Shown one piece after another: positions 58,159 through 64,000 of a stretch of 64,000 nucleotides of DNA. The translations under genes and the position numbers were made by a program. The stretch is from IMG/VR virus record IMGVR_UViG_3300009430_000004, positions 1 through 64,000 of that record; one strand, 5' to 3'. How positions within the stretch are numbered: position 1 is the stretch's first letter; each line of letters begins with the position of its first letter. Below the pieces are notes generated by a model. The model did not search any database. It saw only the letters and a list, made by a program, of their open reading frames with translations, and was not told where the DNA came from.

Positions 58159-58512
58159 ATGCCTAGAGTTAAACCAGAAGAGTTAACTTATGAAATAGAA
58201 TCTTTCGTAGGCACTCTTAAAGAAAGTGATAAACATGATTGGTGTAAAGCTGTTGCTAAGATTTCATGGAATAATAATCCTGCAACACTGGATATAAGGA
58301 ATCTTAACTTATCAGCTAAGAGAATAGGTAAAGGAATAAGTCTAACGGATGAAGAATCTGATAGACTTGTAGATATATTACTTGAGGAAGATTATGGTAC
58401 TATGGAAGCTCTAGAAAAAGCAGTTTCCAGAAGAAAGAATCGCTTTACTATTACAAGTAAAGCGGCTAATAATTGTTTTGATGAAAAATATATTATAGAG
58501 ATAAATCTCTAG
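58159..58512 (+). CDS. YdbC/PC4-like ssDNA-binding protein
   Basis: VGTLKESDKHDWCKAVAKISWNNNPATLDIR...GKGISLTDEE. Confidence 0.75.
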   Translation: MPRVKPEELTYEIESFVGTLKESDKHDWCKAVAKISWNNNPATLDIRNLNLSAKRIGKGISLTDEESDRLVDILLEEDYGTMEALEKAVSRRKNRFTITSKAANNCFDEKYIIEINL

Positions 58513-58523
58513 GGGGTATTAAA

Positions 58524-58805
58524 ATGATAGGTAATAATGAAAATCAAGAAACTTGTAATGTTTTAGAAGTTACACCTGCTCAACATAATTTTGCAAATAG
58601 AATTGAGAGCAATGAAGGATGGGAAAAATCAACCCTTCAGTTTCAGATGGCACCAGTTAAAATATTTAAAATAGATTGGTCAAAAGTACAGAGTCTGGAA
58701 GATATTAAACTTATACTTGATAAGCTTGATATAGCATTTTTTGGTGAAGATATAATTACAGGAATGGAGCATTTTGTATATCAAGTAGAATCACCACAGG
58801 TATAA
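58524..58805 (+). CDS. Hypothetical protein
   Basis: 93 aa, AGGGGG RBS. Confidence 0.5.
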   Translation: MIGNNENQETCNVLEVTPAQHNFANRIESNEGWEKSTLQFQMAPVKIFKIDWSKVQSLEDIKLILDKLDIAFFGEDIITGMEHFVYQVESPQV

Positions 58806-58809
58806 ATAT

Positions 58810-59901
58810 ATGGATGCTATATTTAACCTATTCAAGGTAAAATTTACGAAACTTGACCAGTTAATAAGCGAGCACTGTAAAGATATAACAAAAGATTCCA
58901 AAGTTAATATATTTATAAACTTTGAATCTGTATTAAAGAAATTAGCTTCCTCTAATATAGAGGAATACCTGAGGGTTAAAACTGAAGATAGGTCTTTTGA
59001 GATGATAAGTAATATAGTGAATCTTGCGGCTCATTATAGATGGTTCTTTACAAAGAATAAGATATATTCCAAGGTCTATATTTACTTTTCATTCCCATTT
59101 AAAAGTTATTATAAAAATAGGTTAGTTAACCCTGACTATAGGACATATTACGAACATAAATATTCTAAGAATCCAAATCATTTTGTGTTAGGTAGCGTTT
59201 TAGATAACGCTATTCCTTTCACAAAGATAATATTAGAGTACATAGAGGGGGTTTACCTGATTCAAGGAGAACATTTAGAATCCTCTCTTGTACCTCGCAT
59301 TATAACGAATGATGTAGAAGACAACATCGTTAATTTCATTGTTTCTACAGATAAATATGATTACCAATATGCGAATAAAGGTCATTATATTATTAGACCA
59401 AAACAGGATAATAGTTATATGGTCAGTAAAGAGAATCTTATCTCTACTATTAAGAAAGAAGAAAAGGTTGATAGTGATACAGATATTAATAGTGAATATT
59501 ATCCATTCATACTTTCGCTTATGGGTGATAAATATAGAAACATTGATAAGATAAAGAGAGTTGGTTTAACTAATATCATTAAGATGATTAACAAAGCTAA
59601 GAAAGAAAATGTTATTGGTGAAGATGTGTATAATATCAATATTCTTTCAAATATTATAAAGGAAGAGTTTAAACCATTAGTATTAAACAATTTCTATTGT
59701 GTTGATATTGACACACAGTATCAGCTTTGCAACATCAAAGATTTATATACAATAACTTCTCAATTAGTTGATAAGTTCGACAATGCTTCATTAAAGAAGA
59801 TAAATGATGAGTTCTTCACAAATTATCCACTCTATATTTTGGAGCTTGCCGATGCGAACAAATTAATTAAGAAGAAAGAAAAGAAAAATATATTTATTTA
59901 G
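58810..59901 (+). CDS. 5'-3' exonuclease/flap endonuclease (T4 RNase H-like), divergent
   Basis: PIN-like IFINFESV, FIVSTDKYDYQ, and H3TH LMGDKYRNIDKIKRVG. Confidence 0.6.
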   Translation: MDAIFNLFKVKFTKLDQLISEHCKDITKDSKVNIFINFESVLKKLASSNIEEYLRVKTEDRSFEMISNIVNLAAHYRWFFTKNKIYSKVYIYFSFPFKSYYKNRLVNPDYRTYYEHKYSKNPNHFVLGSVLDNAIPFTKIILEYIEGVYLIQGEHLESSLVPRIITNDVEDNIVNFIVSTDKYDYQYANKGHYIIRPKQDNSYMVSKENLISTIKKEEKVDSDTDINSEYYPFILSLMGDKYRNIDKIKRVGLTNIIKMINKAKKENVIGEDVYNINILSNIIKEEFKPLVLNNFYCVDIDTQYQLCNIKDLYTITSQLVDKFDNASLKKINDEFFTNYPLYILELADANKLIKKKEKKNIFI

Positions 59902-59913
59902 GAGGGTTCTAGC

Positions 59914-60513
59914 ATGGAAGAAAAAATTATAACAGGAGAAAACATTGAGGAAAATGTTACTCCTGGGGAAGTAATAGACTCCACTGTTGAAGTGGAGACA
60001 CCCCAACCCCCTCAAACTTCATTCACTGTAGTTCTATATGATTGCGGTGTAGAAGGTGCAATATCTAAATCAGCTTTGGAGAGAGGACTTGAAAATCCTA
60101 GAATCAAGGAATTACTAACATTGGATTGTTGGTATGGATGTAGCAGTAGAGGGGATCAAGAATATGCCTTATATGTAGACCCTATGAAGGTGTCACATAA
60201 TATAAAAGGATTCTGGTGGGATGACCAAAAACTTATGGGACAGATAATCGTACTTCAAACCCCTATGGGTAAAATACTTCAGGATGCTTTAATAGGAGAT
60301 TCTGAACAGGTATTATTTATGCCAACTGGTTATAGAGAAACCGACCCAGAAGGAAATGTTAATATACATCTAGTCACCTTTGATTTTGGGATAAAGGAAA
60401 CATTAGCTACAGAATATATTCCTTCAGATTATATTAATGAGTCTCAGGATACTGATGTTGATAATACTGAAACCCAACAAGGTGAAGAAGTAGAAGAGGT
60501 TATAGAAGAGTAA
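59914..60513 (+). CDS. Catalytically degenerate prohead-protease paralog
   Basis: VSHNIKGFWWDDQKLMGQIIVLQTPMGKIL matches the gp21 core, but the His and Ser positions are replaced. Confidence 0.6.
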   Translation: MEEKIITGENIEENVTPGEVIDSTVEVETPQPPQTSFTVVLYDCGVEGAISKSALERGLENPRIKELLTLDCWYGCSSRGDQEYALYVDPMKVSHNIKGFWWDDQKLMGQIIVLQTPMGKILQDALIGDSEQVLFMPTGYRETDPEGNVNIHLVTFDFGIKETLATEYIPSDYINESQDTDVDNTETQQGEEVEEVIEE

Positions 60514-60585
60514 AGCCGCTTGGCTTTATTTTTTTATTTGCATACATTTATATAAATGAATAACTAATAAGAGAGGTGAATAAAA

Positions 60586-61830
60586 ATGGCAGAAGGTACA
60601 CCTAATGTAATGCAATTTTATAGATATAATGTGGATTCATTTGATATTATCTTTCCTAATGACCCTAATCCTGTAAATATGGACCCTAAGCAAATTACAG
60701 TAATATCATTAGAGAGAGATTTTGATAATGATTATTTCCCTATATTAAGGGTTAACATGACAATGGACCCAAATTTATATTTTAAAATTTTAAGTAATAA
60801 ACTTGGCGTTAAAATAAGAATGAGAATGCAGAAATCTATATTTGATGCTAAGAAAGCTTTTAGATTTAAGCGAGATGTATTTAATGATGTTTTCAGTGTA
60901 TTTATAGACGATAATACTCCGAATATAGATAAGAATCAACAAAAGACCTCTAAGGAAACTGAGAAATCTCAGAAGACCCCAAGAGACCTTAATAATGAAG
61001 TTAGTTTCTATTTATTCAAGGAGAGTGATTTACTGAACTCTAAAAAAATAATCAATGCTGTATTATCTAGTGCTAGTCTTGTTGATGCTGTAACATACTG
61101 CTTATCAACATCTGGTTTTAATAGAGTATTAATGTCACCATTTGATAATAGAGGTTCAGTTAAAGAGTTAGTATTGCCCCCTTTGACTGTATTGGGAGAA
61201 TTATTGTATCTTGAGCAACAGTATGGTTTCTATAATAAAGGCTCGTTGATTTTTTTTGATGTTGATGCATCTTATATAATTGATAGAAATCCTACATGTA
61301 CTGCATACCGTAGAGATGAGTTTAGACAAACTATCTTTACAATTAAAGACCCTACAAATGCACATTCATTCAATCCTGGTAGTTTAATAAATGAAAAAGA
61401 AAAAAGATTCTTTATCAATGTGACACCAGGTTCAATCAATATGTATAATGATTCTATAATCAATGACCAAATAGACGGCAATAACCTTATTACCATAAAC
61501 CCTTATAGTGGTACAGTGAAGACTATAAATAGTAATGCTATTCAAAGAGGCGGTGGATCATACAAAATATTGGTTAATAGATATAATAACAATTTTATCA
61601 ATGAAGCTGAGGCTCATAGGCGTAGAGAGAATGGTAATGTGGTACATGTCAGTCTTAATGATTTTGACATAGAATCACTTAGTCCTAATAAGGAATTTAT
61701 ATTCTTATTTCAAGATACTGAGATAAATAAGTCTCATAGTGGTAATTACAGAATAAGCAAATCAGTGGTCACATTTGGCAAATCTGGAGAAGAATTTATA
61801 ATAACTGGGTTTGCAGAGTTTAAAAAATGA
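60586..61830 (+). CDS. Putative baseplate/tail hub structural protein
   Basis: TACA-N6-TA promoter variant, beta-rich, LERDFDNDYFPIL and GNYRISK..TF C-terminus. Confidence 0.45.
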   Translation: MAEGTPNVMQFYRYNVDSFDIIFPNDPNPVNMDPKQITVISLERDFDNDYFPILRVNMTMDPNLYFKILSNKLGVKIRMRMQKSIFDAKKAFRFKRDVFNDVFSVFIDDNTPNIDKNQQKTSKETEKSQKTPRDLNNEVSFYLFKESDLLNSKKIINAVLSSASLVDAVTYCLSTSGFNRVLMSPFDNRGSVKELVLPPLTVLGELLYLEQQYGFYNKGSLIFFDVDASYIIDRNPTCTAYRRDEFRQTIFTIKDPTNAHSFNPGSLINEKEKRFFINVTPGSINMYNDSIINDQIDGNNLITINPYSGTVKTINSNAIQRGGGSYKILVNRYNNNFINEAEAHRRRENGNVVHVSLNDFDIESLSPNKEFIFLFQDTEINKSHSGNYRISKSVVTFGKSGEEFIITGFAEFKK

Positions 61831-61862
61831 TATGGATAGAGTTAATCTCTATCCATATCATC

Positions 61863-63047
61863 TTATTTTTTTACCTTATCTTTAACTTTATTTACTACTG
61901 TTTCAGCAGCTCCAGCTACTCCAGTTTTCTTTTCCCCTTCTACTTTAGGGGTAGCTCCTGGGTCATTACTGATTCCTTTTCCAGCTTCATTTACAATACC
62001 CTTAAGAGCATTGAGATATGCTGAAAACTTTTCTTCCAATACTGTCATTAATGCTGATATACTTAATTGATATATCTGCATTGCATTCTTAGCAAATGAT
62101 AGTTGGTCAGAATTCAATTTACTATATGTCTGTTTTATATCATCTGTTTCCTTTTGGTTAGCATCACCCTTATTAACAACTTCAACTTTGGTTGGTTGTT
62201 TGGAAGCATCTAGAACCTTAGGTTCTTCCTTTTTAGGCTCTTCCTTGGCAGGTGCTTCAGCTTCTAATACTATAAAGTTATCACAGTATTTAAGCTCAGT
62301 TTCAGAATATAATGAATTCTCAACCAAGCAGAAACTTTCTTTTGCTGCGATATTCTTTATCATACCTTCAATTGTTTTAATTTCTTTTTCAGCCTTATTC
62401 ATTAATCCCTGAATGAACGGCTCTATGTCCTTACCATAATTATAGCAATAGTTTTTGAATTCTTTTACTAGTCTCTCTAAATTAGGACCCTCGAGAGCAA
62501 CAGGCTTAATAGGTCCTTTAGGTTGACCACATCTATAGGTATTTTTTAATCCTATAGTAAGATCTCCGTTCTCATCCAGATAATTAGACAATAATTCAGA
62601 TTTTAACTTGTTCATATCTGAATAAGTTTCTTTAGACTTAGGATTAGTTGCAGCAGACCTGATTTTGGTCTCAACGGCAGATGCAACATCTCTCATTTTC
62701 TCCATAGGCATTTCCCAATAAGGTAATGCACTTATCTTAAGGTCTGCATAGTTTATCTTATCAAGCTTATTAAAGTTATTATCCATCCATTCCTTGTTGG
62801 ATTCAAAAAGGCTCTTAGCCTTTCCTTTAAACACATTAATTAGTCTTTGAAAGAATGATTTGATTCGTTCCCATAAACTTTCAGTTTTAGCATTAGTTTG
62901 AGTACCAACTTCTTCAAGAAGAATGTGATGGTCTTCCAAACATGCTATCATGAATTCCGACTCGGCTTCCATTCTTTCAAACAGGATTTCATTGAATTCC
63001 TTGTTGAAGAGTATATGTTTAGCGGTTACTTCCATACAGTAATCCAT
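61863..63047 (-). CDS. Internal head protein (paralog family)
   Basis: LLE|E...ESLWERIKSFFQRLINVFK N-terminal signature. Confidence 0.6.
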   Translation of the reverse strand: MDYCMEVTAKHILFNKEFNEILFERMEAESEFMIACLEDHHILLEEVGTQTNAKTESLWERIKSFFQRLINVFKGKAKSLFESNKEWMDNNFNKLDKINYADLKISALPYWEMPMEKMRDVASAVETKIRSAATNPKSKETYSDMNKLKSELLSNYLDENGDLTIGLKNTYRCGQPKGPIKPVALEGPNLERLVKEFKNYCYNYGKDIEPFIQGLMNKAEKEIKTIEGMIKNIAAKESFCLVENSLYSETELKYCDNFIVLEAEAPAKEEPKKEEPKVLDASKQPTKVEVVNKGDANQKETDDIKQTYSKLNSDQLSFAKNAMQIYQLSISALMTVLEEKFSAYLNALKGIVNEAGKGISNDPGATPKVEGEKKTGVAGAAETVVNKVKDKVKK

Positions 63048-63064
63048 TTATATTCACTCCTTTC

Positions 63065-64000
63065 TTAATTTTCTTTCTTCTCTTCTTCTTTTTTATGAGT
63101 CATTGACTTTCTAACTATCACTCTATATAGCTTTAATGCTTCTTTAAGAGCATTAACTTTCTCAACCATTGCTGTTACACAGATATTACCAAGCTCTTTA
63201 GCTTGAGTAAACTTAAAGTTATAGAAAGTATTTATCTTCTCAAGGTCACTAAATGCATAATTCTTCTCAACTTTATTACCAGTATTTTTAATACCATAAC
63301 CACTTTCTTTCTTTTCAATCTTATTCATACCTATGGTCTTATTATTACCCTTGTAATATACACTGGCACTCTTTTCGAAGAATAACTTCATACTGTCTAT
63401 AAGAGCCATTACTTTGTCTCTTTCTTTAACAGCATCATTATATAATTTCTTCGTGTGAGGATAATCGTTGATTATCTTAGTAAGGTATGATTTCTTAACT
63501 TCAATATCTGTTTCCTCATCCTCACCTTTTCTATATAGCTTTCTAGCAGTCTTAACAAATTCGTCTTCTTCTATCTCACCTGACATACCAAGCACATATG
63601 CTCTTAATTTATTCATTTGAGTTGAAGCAACGTATTTATCCTTTTCTTTAATTATGTCACCTTTCTTCTTTCCGTCTAACTGCTCAAGTTCACTGTTGTA
63701 GTCACTAATTATGGCATCTATCTTATCAAGCCTAGGAATACTATCTTGGAATACATAATCATACCCCTTGATAGTGAAGTCTGGATCTAACTTCTGAAGA
63801 TGGTCCTTATATTTAGTTAGGAACGCATCAAAGTCACCGAGATAAGCGTTGATAATCATAAATACTTTCTTCATGAATTCAGTGAACCTTTTCATGAGGT
63901 TTTTGAAGAATCTTATTACAGAATCAATAAAGTCGCCGAATCCTTCTGTAAGTATTTCAAGGCTCTGTTCTTTCATTGATAAATGAGTAACTTGAATATG
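63065..64000 (-). CDS. Internal head protein (paralog family; probably 5'-partial)
   Basis: ILTE|GFGDFIDSVIRFFKNLMKRF signature; frame is open to the window edge. Confidence 0.6.
   Translation of the reverse strand, partial: HIQVTHLSMKEQSLEILTEGFGDFIDSVIRFFKNLMKRFTEFMKKVFMIINAYLGDFDAFLTKYKDHLQKLDPDFTIKGYDYVFQDSIPRLDKIDAIISDYNSELEQLDGKKKGDIIKEKDKYVASTQMNKLRAYVLGMSGEIEEDEFVKTARKLYRKGEDEETDIEVKKSYLTKIINDYPHTKKLYNDAVKERDKVMALIDSMKLFFEKSASVYYKGNNKTIGMNKIEKKESGYGIKNTGNKVEKNYAFSDLEKINTFYNFKFTQAKELGNICVTAMVEKVNALKEALKLYRVIVRKSMTHKKEEEKKEN

Noticed and set aside
142-63385. Short antisense ORFs nested in long genes in the ORF track
   Set aside because: Shadow ORFs with no RBS or promoter and F/L/S/I-rich antisense composition.
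1-64000. Genome-wide TAG recoding
   Set aside because: Only one convincing internal TAG (48315). Other TAGs are true ends within terminators or before RBSs (25680, 30289, 59901), and long genes need no readthrough.
1-64000. Phage-nucleus genes (chimallin, PhuZ tubulin)
   Set aside because: No GGGTG(S/T)G tubulin motif or recognisable shell protein in this window; they cannot be excluded elsewhere.

Overview
A 64-kb AT-rich segment of a jumbo myophage of the phiKZ/AR9(PBS1)-related group. The host is probably a Clostridium-like Firmicute, inferred from strong GGAGG Shine-Dalgarno sites and a clostridial-type chemoreceptor and SH3-glucosaminidase. Core genes include portal, tail tube and sheath, large terminase, major capsid protein, prohead protease, SF2 helicase, family-B DNA polymerase, primase, two split RNA polymerase beta' halves, a chaperonin, a probable AR9 gp226-like promoter-specificity subunit, and baseplate and internal-head proteins. 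Two promoter classes can be read directly: early TATATATTA(T/C) and late AACA-N6-TA. Using them as a map highlights (i) two tandem paralogous small late transcripts at 40.0-40.3 kb with a covarying 5' hairpin and an anti-SD core, (ii) a 1.4-kb terminator-bounded early unit at 42.4-43.7 kb with no ORF over about 40 aa but dense SD/GGA motifs and stems, and (iii) a late-expressed chemoreceptor with a remodelled signalling tip. Four accessory genes (Tad1, QueC-like, a membrane protein and a hypothetical) each carry a single lesion, while the long core genes are intact. No tRNA, rRNA or CRISPR array was seen. All family assignments are from motif recognition by eye, not database searches.
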